Shown here one piece after another: positions 52,933-64,000 of a stretch of DNA of 64,000 bases. Below the pieces are notes generated by a model. That model was given only the letters and a program-made list of their open reading frames with translations. It made no database searches and was not told where the DNA came from. The DNA lies in NCBI RefSeq assembly GCF_009914755.1, contig NC_060939.1; one strand, given 5' to 3'. Source of the stretch: the human T2T-CHM13v2.0 reference genome, Homo sapiens. Position numbers and translations under genes: made by a program. The stretch's first letter is position 1. Each line of letters starts with the position of its first letter.

Positions 52933-53090
52933 ACTGTATCTTATCAAGTGTAAGACACGTTTCACAATCTGACATTGTGAAATCAGAATGTGTATTACAG
53001 CCAATAGCATGTCACAGTGTCATCAGCAGTGCTTTAGATTTTTTGTGGAACATACAATAATCATGTCTTAGATTAGACAAAAATGTGGTA
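52933..53090. mobile_element. MER104-like TcMar-Tc2 element
   Basis: ctgtatcttatcaagtgtaagacac...tgaaatcagaatgtgtattaca...gtcttagattagacaaaaatgtgg. Confidence 0.6.
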
Positions 53091-53107
53091 GAAATGTAGT
53101 CAGAATC

Positions 53108-53411
53108 TTTTTTTTTTTTTTTTTTTTTTGAGGCAGAGTTTCACTCCTGTTGCCCAGGCTGGACTACAATGGTACAATCTCGGCTCACTGCAACCTCCAC
53201 CTCCCAGGTAGAGTGTTTCTTCTGCCTCAGGCTCCCGAGTAGCTGGGACTACAGGCGTGCACCACCACGCCCAGCTAATTTTTGTATTATTAGTAGAGAT
53301 GGGGTTTCACCATGTTGGCCAGGCTGGTCGTGAACTCCTGACCTCAGGTGATCCACCCACCTTGGCCTCCCAAAGTGCTGGGATTACAGGCGTGAGCCAC
53401 TGCACCCAGCC
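53108..53411 (-). mobile_element. AluS (Sq/Sx-like)
   Basis: T22 then gaggcagagtttcactcctgttgcccagg; TSD cagaatc. Confidence 0.96.
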
Positions 53412-54001
53412 AGAATCATTTTTAAAAAGAGCATTCTTGTGTTCAACTAGAAATTGTAATGGGGCATTTAAGTCTCTAGGTATATATTAAGATAGCAGGA
53501 GCTAAATCTCTGAGTCACCACTTGGAGAAGAGTGGCCAAGCATAGCAATTTTCAGATTTATAAAAAACACCTACATGGTGGTATTTAACAACAAAAAAAT
53601 TAAGATTGCAGTATTTCAGAGTAGAATTATACATGTGATATTGGAGTAGTGAACACTGGAACTACAATTTTTATATTGGGACTATCTTTAGGTAAATGGG
53701 AAAATGGGTAGGACATGCCTTTCATGTAGTAGACATTCAATAAATGGTTGTTTAATTAATTATTTTTAGAGTCTAGGTCTAATAAGTAATCTTTATTTAA
53801 TTCTCTTCGTCTTAAATTTTGTTTCTCTTCCTTCTCCCCTGCGCTTTCTTAATTTTCTATCATGGGATGCATGGGGAAAACTTCAAATTTTTAAACATTT
53901 CAAGAAACTTCTCAGCCTTCAGGTCCACTTCTTTCCTATTTCCCAGCCCTTCTCTGAAGCTCGTAACTATTGCCAAAATATGAACATTTTCAACTTGTCA
54001 G

Positions 54002-54870
54002 TGTTACAGGCTCTTTGAGTTGTCGATTTTCTTCCTGGAAACCTCTATGGCCAGTGGTGCCTTTGCCCAAGTTCTCATCCTGTGTCCAGGAAGAATGAGG
54101 TACGCAGACAAGCGAAGAGTGAAGATGAAGAGGAGCTTTATTTAGTGTTACAACAGCTCAGAGGAGACCCGTATGGGTAGCTCCTCTCCATAGTAGGTCA
54201 TTTCATGGTGTGTTCAGCTCTCAGCAGAGAGGAAGCCCTGGAGGGGTTGGCTCCTCTCTGCAGGCAGGTCATTCAGACATCTCTGCAGGTCTCTGAAGCT
54301 CTCAGCAGAGAGGGTAGCTCCTATCTGCAGCTGGTCATTCCATCTCTCCATCCTCTGCCCTGCTCTGGCTGAGCCCAGGGCTTTTATGGACCTCAGAGGG
54401 GAGGAAGTACATGCCAATTGGTCCATGGGCGGTCACGGATGGGCCTGCAGGAGGCATCACAGGTCCCCTCTCCACTGTGACTGACAGCCTAGCCCTCAGC
54501 CTTCAGGCCAGGGGACCTTACTGGGGACCTGCCTCCTTCCACCCAGGAATCTGTCTGCTTCCCATGGCCATTCATGGTCCCAGGGCTTGGCCCCACTCCA
54601 AGATCAGAGAAGGCACCAGGAGAGGAGAGAGGCCAAGCAGTGGAAACAGATACCCCTGAGCCTGCAGGGACAGGGAGGGGCCTTCCTGGGTCCCCAAGGG
54701 TGTAGGCTGCAGAGATGCCGGGTCCCATGCCTGGGAGGGTGGCCGCAGCTGCACCCAGGGAGCTCCCACCACAACACAGAAAGGGCGGGACTCCCACCAG
54801 CTCCATGGAGTGTGCAGCCCCAGCCGTGCCTCCTTGCTGCAGCCTGTGTGATAGCAGCAGCCACTGGCAT
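54002..54870 (-). mobile_element. MER52-family ERV1 LTR
   Basis: tccaggaagaatgaggtacgcagacaag, aggagctttatttagtg, repeated gctctcagcagagagg units; 3' boundary approximate. Confidence 0.85.
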
Positions 54871-55070
54871 CATCAGGTCCAATGCTCAACACTTTCCATG
54901 CATAGTCTAGAATTTTGTGAATCCTCTTTTTATGGCTCTTAACTCACCCTGCCTTGAATTTTAGCTACTTCTCTGCTTGTAAATCTCTTAAGGCAGGAGT
55001 TAGGTCTTTGGGTCTCTGTTAAGAGAGTTAAACCCCTTCATCTAAGGTTGTAACTAGCATTTGGCAAGTA

Positions 55071-55427
55071 CAGATGCTCCTCAACTTACAGTGGGGTTAT
55101 GTCCTGATAAACCCATTGTACACTGAAAATGTCAAAAGTTGAAAATGCATTTAACACACCTGACCTACCGAACATCAGAGCTTAGCCTCCCCTATCCAAA
55201 ACATGCTCAGAACACTTATATTAGCCTACAGTTGGGCAAAATGACCTAACAGAAAGCCAATTTCAAAATAAAGTGTTGAATATCTTATGTAATTTCCTGA
55301 ATCTTGTACTAAAAGTGAAAAACAGAATGGTTGTATGGATACTCAAAGTACAGTTTTTACTGAATACATATCACTTTTACAGTGGTTCAAATTGTAAGTT
55401 GAACCATTGTAAGTTGGGGACTGTCTG
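55071..55427. mobile_element. MER47A (TcMar-Tigger)
   Basis: TIRs cagatgctcctcaacttac ... gtaagttggggactgtctg, preceded by TA; ttagcctacagttgggcaaaa. Confidence 0.93.
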
Positions 55428-55639
55428 CGCTCTCATGATTGCGTAGATAAAGGGATGACAGATGAATGGATAGATGGATGAGTGAATGGATGAGTGGATA
55501 GCTGGATGGAATTATTTTTATACTTTTTACTCTTAAGTCATTGGAAAGAGACCAAAACAAAGGTCCCCTATGACATCAGAAAGTTAGAGGTCCCTGAGGC
55601 AAGGATGGATTTCGGAAGGCACAGCCTTCTGATGTATTG

Positions 55640-56640
55640 ATGTATTCAATACTGCAAATGAGTAAAAATGATAAAGTTCCTGCGAAGTCCAGAAATCCAG
55701 ATGGGTGTCTGCCCCTGGCCAAATACACATGATATATTCTTATTAATAAAGCCAGACTAGTGTCCTCAAATTATCCAAGGAATACATTTGCCCACCCACA
55801 GCAGTGGGGGAAGCGATTACTTATTAATAAAGCAATAGCTAAATCTAATTATATCCCCATCAGAGGCAGCTGGTAATAAAACCAGGCTGGTCTTCCAGAG
55901 CTCGGTGACCCTGCTGACCTCAAATCAAAGTTTAAACCATCAGTCAGCTTCCAATGCATTCCCAGCACACCTACCAATTACGAGCGCCCTGGTGCCGCTG
56001 TCTGCCAGGGGTCAGAGGTCACCGCCTGCACTCGATAGCTGGGAGCTGGAATGGGGCTTTAGAAATCTCATTATCCTGTTAACCATACATTTATCTGACA
56101 AGATAAAAGAGACTAGGTGACCAAGCTATCATTAAAGATTAATAGAAAGTATAAAAAATTCAGCTGCAACCAGCATTGCTGTTTAGAGCTTGTGATCGGC
56201 ATGACAGGGTTATTAATCAGGAAACCAAAAAGATTTCGGTCTTTGCTCTTGATATTTTCTATTTTTATTTTTAGTTTTGTTTTTTCCCTCCCTCTGTCTG
56301 AAGTCATTACCTCGTCTCCTATCACCCCAAACTGGAGGTCAAAGGAGACTCCTGCTAATTGGCTCTTCCGGCTTCAAATCATAACCCATTGGGCTAATTA
56401 GAAAATTGCCAGGACTCAAGGTGACATGGGATGCAGCAGGGGACGCTGGTGGACTGGGACAGCGGTGCCAGCTGCTTATTGGGCTGCCGCCCTTCTCGCG
56501 TGCCAGGCCTGTTAATCAGCAGGGGAAATCAATACATTTTAAATTTAATTCAGTCCTGTAAGGCACACCCAAGCCCCAAGATGATTTCTCCTCATTCGTG
56601 ATTCCATTTCAGTTTTACATGAAAGATTTTCAACCCACGC
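55640..56640. promoter_or_regulatory. Candidate developmental enhancer block
   Basis: Repeat-free 1 kb with cttattaataaagc x2, ctaatta, cattaaagattaat, atgacagggttattaatcag, gctaattgg, gctaattag, aaatcaata. Confidence 0.6.
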
Positions 56641-57399
56641 CTACCCAGGAATCAGAGGGCAGGCTCTGTTTTTAAGGCTTAGGGATTCTTTTTATTCTTT
56701 CTAGTTCTCTCTTATCGCCCACCCACCCCTGCCGACCAGCGTCCTCCCCACGGCATCCTCCTTCGCCTTTTTGATCATAAATCAATGTCCTTTTCCTCTG
56801 CTGCCCTGGAAGATGCAAGCTTAGATGACAACTCAGCTGTTCCCCTTCCGCCCCCAGGGCCAAGGCAAAGAGAAGCCAGGAAGATGAGCCAGTGAGGGAA
56901 GGTAGAGGGTTTCCAGAGCAAAGAGGCAGCTTTAGTCAACCCGTGGAAGGGACTTGCAGACCCGGACGATCCTTAGAAGGCTGATCAGGAAGCGACATTG
57001 ACCAGGGGTGCCTGGCATTCTTCCCTGCCCTGGGATCAGCGTGGCCTCAGGAGTGCACCCAACAATGCCATCAGGCTGCCAGGACCCTCTACTGCCAGCT
57101 GGGTGACCTTAGGAAAGTCAGCTGGCCTCTCTGAGCCTGCTTCCCTGGGTGGACAATGGGGAAAACCCCTCCTTCTTGGGGTTGTTTGAAGATCAAATGG
57201 AATTCTTGAGCACAATCTCTTCCATTGTAATGGCTTCCTGGCTTGCTCCTACTTCCTCCCTGCTCCATTAAAGCTTAATCTGATAAATCAATTAAGGATA
57301 AAATACTATTGGCTGACCTCTGGTTAGTTGCCAGAGTTCAAGGACAACAATTTATTCCTCTGTGCATCTTCCTACCCCCAACCACCCCCCCGCTCCACC

Positions 57400-57411
57400 C
57401 GCGCGCGCGCG

Positions 57412-57461
<50 letters not shown>
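57400..57461. repeat. (CG)6-(CA)n alternating purine-pyrimidine tract
   Basis: cgcgcgcgcgcgcacgcacacac... direct read. Confidence 0.96.
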
Positions 57462-57463
<2 letters not shown>

Positions 57464-59829
57464 GAATTGTCTAATGGCCTCTTCTTCCAGATAGGAGACA
57501 CTCTTTGTGCCTCCATAAATGTAGCCTGGCACCAGTAAGTCCTGTATAAGTACTTAGTAGATAAAGGAATGAAAGCCTGGCCAGAGGGAAAATCCAAACC
57601 TCCTGCTAGGAGGAAAGCCAAAGGTCAAAGTTGGGTAAATAGGGGAAAGGAACCAGCCCCAGTAGCCAAGGTAGGTGAAACAGAAAGAAAAATCAGTAGA
57701 GAAGAGACAGGTTGGGAAGAGGAGTACAAGGTAGGTCAGGAGAGTTGTCCAGGTCATGCAATGAACAAGGTCTTCTGGGCTTTGAAAGACACATGACTGT
57801 AGCTCTGTGGCTTAAGGCTGGACTTCATGGTTTCTAGGACCAGGCTGCTCTGGAGACCATGGAAATTGCACTGCCCAGCTGCGTGCTGGGGAGTCCTGGT
57901 GAAAAGACTGTTTCATTCCACTGAGAAGCCAAGGAAGCAAAGACGCGAAAGGGAGAAATAGGGAGGTTTCTGAGCAAGAGTGGCAAGAGGAAAGTGCTAT
58001 TTCAGGGAACAAATGATTAGTGATGTTACACAGAACAGGTCAGAGGAGGAAAGAATGCAATTGGGGAAACTAGTGAGGATGCGGCCCAGGGAAGACTCAA
58101 TGAAGACTGAGGCCAGGGTGACGAGGGTGGGAAAGGACACAAAAGAAGTAAACAAGAAAGGAAATCAAGACACAGACTCCCTCTCTGTGCTCCTCAGCCT
58201 GCTTCTCACCTTCCCTGCACCTGTCTCAGCCAAAGCCAGCCCTCAGGGCCCTCCCAGCCCCACGCCCCCGGGGCCAGGCCCAGTTACATCAGGTAAATAA
58301 AAAGGAAGTATGTGGTTTCTTCTTTCATTTCTCTCTCCTGACTTCCTCTGACTGCCAAAATTTGTCTGTCCCATCTGCAAAAATGTGACATTTTATATTC
58401 AAAGCAGTGCATGTCTAGTTATTTACTAGATGTGCAGCTAAGACATAATTACATTTAAAGTATTTTCCCCCAGGAATAGTCTTCCTTTAAGCAACAGTGC
58501 TCATTGTTTGAAGATCCTACATTTGGCGAAAAGAGTTCATAATTGCCTTGTAAACAGGTCTTGCAGACAGACACAGCAACAGCTACTTCTAAAACCTCCT
58601 GGAAGATTCTGGGGCTGAGAAAGTTGTGTATCTGTGTGTCTGCACATGTGTGGGTCCATGTGTCTGTGCATGTCCATTTGTGTGGGTGTGTTCTAGGTAT
58701 GTGTGTGTGTGAGAGAGAGAGAGCACGTGTTTATGGAACACACGTCTGTGTCTTGTGTGTTGTGGAGGGGCAGAGCATGAAGAAGGAAACTAGTGTCTAT
58801 TGAGAGCCTACCATGTTGCAAGTGCTTTGGGCATGGCCTTATTTAATCTTCAACTATTCTTGTCTCAGTTTAACAGCTGAAGAAACTGAAACTTAGAGAA
58901 GTAAAAGAACTTGCCCCAAATTAATCTGCCCATAAGTTTCAGAGATAGAACTCTGCTTCTCATAGTCTGTCTAGTTTGTGCTAAAAAGACTGAAGAAATA
59001 AAAGTACCATGTTGTGTTTTCACTCAGTGGCATACTTCATATTTTCTCAGATTCATTCACATATAATCATGTATATATCATGTTCTGAGTCCCTCCTGTC
59101 CTAGGCATTGTGGTAGAAACCTTACATATGCAATCTAATGCAATGCTTACCACCTCTCTGGAAGCGGGTTTATTATTGCCATTTCAGAGATTTAAAAAAA
59201 TGAGGCATCAAGGGATTAGGTAACTCCCCCTCACAGAGCTGTAATGCAAAGGCAGCTTTGTTCAACTCCAAAGCCCACGCTCTTGCCCTTACATCCCACA
59301 GACTGGCTTCATTATTACTCAGTTTTGAGTCTTGAGAATTTAGAGTCTAGGTAGGCAGGAAAAGCATACATGTGACAACCAGAGTTATCACATGGTGGTC
59401 TGTATGTGAAGGCCAGCAGCTACCTTACATCACCAAAACTCAGATTATCTCCATCTTCCTGCTCTGCTACCCTCAGTCTGTCGGCTGCCTCAGACTAGTT
59501 TTCCTCATGGTTACAAGACAGTTGCCAGAGTTCCAAGCATTGCAAACAGCCTTGACTATACCCAGTGAAAGAAGGTAGACTAGTTAATTCTTATTTCTCT
59601 GTCTTTTTTCCTCTTTTTAAATCTTCATTTATTTTATTTTATTTCTACTATATCCTTCTAACTTTTTGTCTGTGTGTATACATAGAGGAAGTTTGGGAAG
59701 ATGTTTACCTGTTGAAAAGGCATCTTTGTGTACTTTGATGCATGGTTTGATTTGTTTTTGTAATGAACATACAGAATTTTTTAGAAAAAATAGTATCTTT
59801 TAAAAAATGATGTCAGTATTCAAAAGAAA

Positions 59830-60190
59830 TGAAACTAATCTCACAGTGTCATTCACCTGCTTAAGGTGCATCATTGGCTTCCCCACCACAGACCGGATGA
59901 AGGACAAACTCTATGGCAGTTTATAAGCCCTTCTGTCATGTGGCCTCTGTGTTCCTGCCGGAGGACTTTGGTCCTCAAACATGCAGATGTTTCTGTGCTT
60001 CCCGCCTTGGTTCCGGCGCTCTCTCCTGCTGGAGAACCTCCCTCCACTGCTCCATCAGTGGAAACCCTGTGCCTTCCTCAAGGACCAAACCAAAAATACC
60101 TTGCTCCTTGCAGCTTCTCCAGGAAGCTCAGTCAGGAGATATCGCTCCCCTATCTAGAGGCCAGATTTTTGTGCATTTTGCATTGTGGTG
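59830..60190 (+). mobile_element. L2 fragment
   Basis: gtgtcattcacctgcttaa...cattggcttcccc...ccttcctcaaggacc...cttctccaggaagc. Confidence 0.6.
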
Positions 60191-60199
60191 AGTTTGGGT

Positions 60200-60389
60200 C
60201 AGTGGCATGCTGGAGCCGGTGGCTTTTTTCCACTCTTGAGACCTGAGCCTGTGCATCTCTTCCCAAGATGTCATATTGGTGTCTTGGAATCGGCCATGGA
60301 GAGAATATTTATACCATGGGAAATGACAAATGCTACAATTTTTTTTTCCTTAGGGAAGTTAGTTGTTAAACATTTACCAGCACACCTTC
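60200..60389. mobile_element. MER63A (hAT-Blackjack)
   Basis: cagtggcatgctggagccgg...gaatcggccatgg...gttgttaaacatttaccagcacacc. Confidence 0.88.
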
Positions 60390-62129
60390 AGTTTGGGTAG
60401 GGGTCCATCTCAAAAATTGACTCAGAATTAATTCAGGGAAGCCTGTCTTATTTCGCTCCAAACTCCATCCCTCATGCTGCTAGCACAGTGCTGTGCTCAG
60501 TTCTAGAAAATTAGCTTTTGCAAGCAAAAGGGCAATCCAGGACTCCACTGTCATTGCCCCGCTATGGGAGCCAGCCAGCCCATGGCCCTGGGCTGGGGCT
60601 ATAAGAGCTGCTGCAGTGCAGATTTCCTTCAGGCCTCCTGGAGACCTTGGGCCCCACCTGTTGGAGAGGGAACAAGCAGGGCTTAACAGGAATGATGGAG
60701 ATGTAAAATGGCCCCAGGCCATCCCAAATCCCTAAATCTTACACAATAGAGAGGCTTAAGTGACTCAGTAAATGAGCCAAGGAGTTCAGGTCTTGGAAAA
60801 TGCAAAGTGGTTTGCTAAACCATCCCGAGCAGCATTGATCATCAGCTTACTGGTGGTGTCAGAGGGGCCCATCCAGTTCCCTCAGGCACTGTCTGTGCTT
60901 TTCAAGAGAGATTGCAAGTGACAAATGAGCACAAGAGGCAGGCCCTGGCAAAGCTCAGACCGGATCCCTGAATCCACAGATTTACAGCTTCAACCTGCAG
61001 CAGGCCCGGTCTGTGCATGGCCGGGGTGGAATTAGGGGGCTGGGAGCCCTTCAGAGAACTAATACAACCATGAGTCCAAGCCACTCACATCACAAAATCG
61101 TGTGGCCCTCAGAACCCATACCTACATGTGGCCCCAAAGCCGTATGAGAGATCTGGAACAGTATCCTTCAGAGGCAGACCCCAGAAACTGGGGTTCTGAC
61201 ATCCTTAGTCCCAGAAAATGCCCAGTCTGCAGGTCATTCTGAATCACATTTGTTGAAGAAATAAATCTGAGTTCTGGCCTGGCCTTTGCACTGTGCAACC
61301 TTGGACAAAACGCTTCTCTCTGGGCCTCGGTTTCTCCATATGGACAATGAGGCACTTATCGAACTTTATGGGCTTAGTGACACCCTCTCCCCACTTCAGC
61401 CCTGTCACCTTCTGTTCCTAGGTATTTCGAGCTGTGTGCCCCACATAAGAATGCAGGGCAAGACTGGGCGCTTGCAGAGGTTTAACTCACCCAGCTGGTC
61501 TGCACAGGCCAAAGTTTGGGGAGCCCCAGCTTCCCTGGCTCAGGCCCTGTGCAAACCAGTCTCTCGCCCTGTCAGAGGGAGGGACTGCTCCCTGGAGCCC
61601 ACCCAGCTGGCTGGGAGCTCTCTGCGTGCCTGCCACTGTGTGACAGTCATGCGATGAGAGGGAAGCTCAGCACATGTCCCCAGCCACCATCAGTTGGCGG
61701 TTCCTTGAGTGGAGGGATGTCAGAGGCACGTCAACACTTTGGCGGCTGCTATTCCAGGCGGGCGAGGCAGGCAGAGGGCCTGTGGGCGCCTGAGTCTGCA
61801 GAGCCAGCCCTCGGGGGAAAGGAGCCAAGACACAGAAGGGGCTCAAGCTGCCCTGCCCCTCACCCCACAGCCTTTGGGGGGCTGGGGAGAAAGTCGGGGA
61901 TCAGAGAACTATTTTTTCCTGGGTTTTTCTGCCCATTAAACACTTTATAATTTGGTCTCATTTCTTTCTTGATAACTCTACAAGGTAGATACTATACCAT
62001 TGCCCCCATTTTTCAGAAGAGGCTCAGTGAGGTGGCATGTCCTGCCCAAGGTCACTCAGTCCTCGAGAGCACAGAACTTTCTGGATGACAGCCACAAGCT
62101 ACTGAACACCACACTCTCAATAAACCCAG

Positions 62130-62488
62130 TGTTCTGGACTGCGCGTTCACGTCTTCCCCAAATTCCTATGTTGAAACCCTAACCCCCAATGGGATGGCGT
62201 TAGGAGGCAAGGGCTCCAGGAAGTAGCTGGGTTCAGATGAGGTCGTGAGGGTGGAGCCCACATGATAGGATCAGTGTCCTTAGAAGAAGAGAAAGAGATA
62301 AGGGTGCACTCTCTGCCTGCACAGACCAGGGAAAGCCACGTGAGGACACGGGCAGGAAGAGGGCCCTCACCAGAGCCCAGCCATGCTGGCACCCTCATCT
62401 CCAGCCTCCAGAGCTTCGAGAAATAAGTTGTCATCTAAGCCCTCTGGTTTGTGTTATTCCTTTACAGCAGCCTGAACTGACCAAGACA
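62130..62488 (+). mobile_element. MLT1A-type LTR
   Basis: ccccaaattcctatgttgaaaccctaacccccaatg; gagggccctcaccagagcccagccatgctggcaccct; gcagcctgaactgaccaagaca. Confidence 0.92.
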
Positions 62489-64000
62489 TCTAGGAAGTAG
62501 GTGTCACCCATCCACTTGCTCAACACCCCATATTTCACCTGTTAATGGCGGGGCCCATCTACTCCTAGCCTAGCTGGAGGTGCCCTGGACCCCAGTGTTC
62601 CCCAGGCTCCCCAGTGTCTAGAGTATCTTGTGGGGATGTCCACTTAGGACAGGGGGTTTAGTTTGGGAAGCCTGGGTGGGGTTCCCATTCATATGAGGTC
62701 CAGGGCGGGTGGGGTCAGGCAGGCTGATGTAACCAACCCCCAGTGGGGAGCCAGCCTGGGACCCAGATTTCGGGCCAGCCTTCCCCTGGCACACAGCCCC
62801 AGTGGGGACCCAGCTCAAGGGACAGGCTAGGAGGCTCTGGCTCCCCCTGCCCCCCACCTCGCACGCCTTCTCCACGCTCCTCCCACCAAGCCTCTCCAGG
62901 CCCCCACTGTTGCCCATCTCATCTCTCCCACAGGAATAAGCCCTCCATCTCCTTTCCTCCCAGTAAGCTTTAAAGGTCCATCAGAAATTGCTTTAAGACC
63001 CATTAGGCAACCACCCCAAAATTGGCCCAGTAAAAACAGGTTTGCCTGCTTTAGAAACCAGGCCACCCCACCCTGCACATGGCTCTTCCCTCAGAGGGCT
63101 TTTCTAGAAGGGAGGGGGACAGGGATCACAGATGAACCAAACCAATTTTAGTTCTCTTATCCCTCCTAGGAGGAAATTCAAGCTCAGAGGCTGGCCGGCT
63201 CACCTAAAGGCACCCAGAGGGCAACAGCAAGAGCTGGAATCCGGGCCATCCGGGCTTGCCTGTTCCAAAGCCCCTATTTTCACCAGACCCTGCACGTGCT
63301 GCCGCCATTGTCCAGACTCCAGTTGCATGAGGCAGCTCTGTGAGTTATCGCTTCTCCCAGCCTCTGGGGACCCCCATCGTTCTCCACAGTTAATATCAGG
63401 CCTGCCTTGGGCATGGCCCTGGGACCCTTCTCAGCCTGGGGCAGTCCCAGCTCCCATACTCTTCTTTCTTTATCCCCCACCCTCCATGTGTCCAGGGCTC
63501 CTTGTTGCCTCTCTCTCACTTCCATCTTCAAAGCAGGTATTGAGAGCCCAGGGCAAGCTAGAGACTCCGGTTGTGCTGGAGATAGAGGTGACTAAGCAGA
63601 GTAAGCTCCCTGCTCTCAGAGTTGATATCCTACTTGGGGGAGGCAAGGAAATGAATACATCAGTAAGATCATCTCTCACAGTGAAGAGTGTCAAGAAGGT
63701 GGCAAAAGCAAAGTGAGCTTTCCAGCCTGTCCCCGGCTGTCTTGCCCTGCGTAGGGCCTCACAGGTCCCCTCACTTCACCTGGGTAGCAATCACAGGAGG
63801 GGAAGAGGAGGGGGCCAGGAAGACAGGGAAGGAAAGAAACGCCAGGCCAAGCCCTTTGGAGTGTGATGTTGTATGGAACTTCCATACTGACTGTGGAAAG
63901 TAGAGATTCTCCCCAGTGTGACATGACAAAACTGAGGGTAAGAGAGGCTGCTCAAAGGCGTAGGAGCCAAAGCAAACTCCAGTTCTCCTGACTCCCATCC

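Noticed and set aside
54155-54335. Internal repeats gctctcagcagagagg...gctcct
   Set aside because: Intrinsic sub-repeats of the MER52 LTR, not a local duplication.
55739-55885. Clustered AATAAA as polyadenylation signals
   Set aside because: No clear downstream GU/U-rich element; better explained as homeodomain-type sites.
60595-60640. TATA-like ggctataagag
   Set aside because: Isolated short motif with no other promoter evidence.
63132-63716. Longest ORF (194 aa)
   Set aside because: Runs through MIR-like and antisense L2-like relics, has no homology I recognise, and is plausible by chance at this GC content.

Overview
Non-coding simian-primate (very probably human) genomic DNA: AluY, AluS and AluJ/FLAM are all present. 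I find no credible protein-coding exon, structural RNA gene or pseudogene. The supplied ORFs are explained by chance, simple repeats or Alus. A large part of the window is interspersed repeat: 10 Alu-family elements, an old L1/HAL1 block at 12.5-15.4 kb, many MaLR/ERVL/ERV1 LTRs, DNA transposons and numerous MIR/L2 relics. Between the repeats are about 10 repeat-free blocks dense in homeodomain/PBX/MEIS/FOX/SOX-type motifs. They resemble conserved developmental enhancers and suggest a gene desert or long intron of a developmental regulator; I cannot name the locus. The most unusual signal is a series of short local paired duplications of 26-180 bp. The direct ones lie about 0.6-1.4 kb apart and one is inverted. 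Most are 83-88% identical by manual alignment, and in two cases donor and recipient can be read from the flanking MIRs. There is also a 186-bp orphan insertion with fold-back junctions inside an MLT1F LTR. Other leads are several plus-strand candidate non-coding exons, a recursive-splice-like site, a palindromic 24-bp minisatellite, duplicated GLI/EGR-like sites, RE1- and CTCF-like motifs, and G4/Z-DNA tracts. Repeat family names come from recalled consensus features and their boundaries are approximate.
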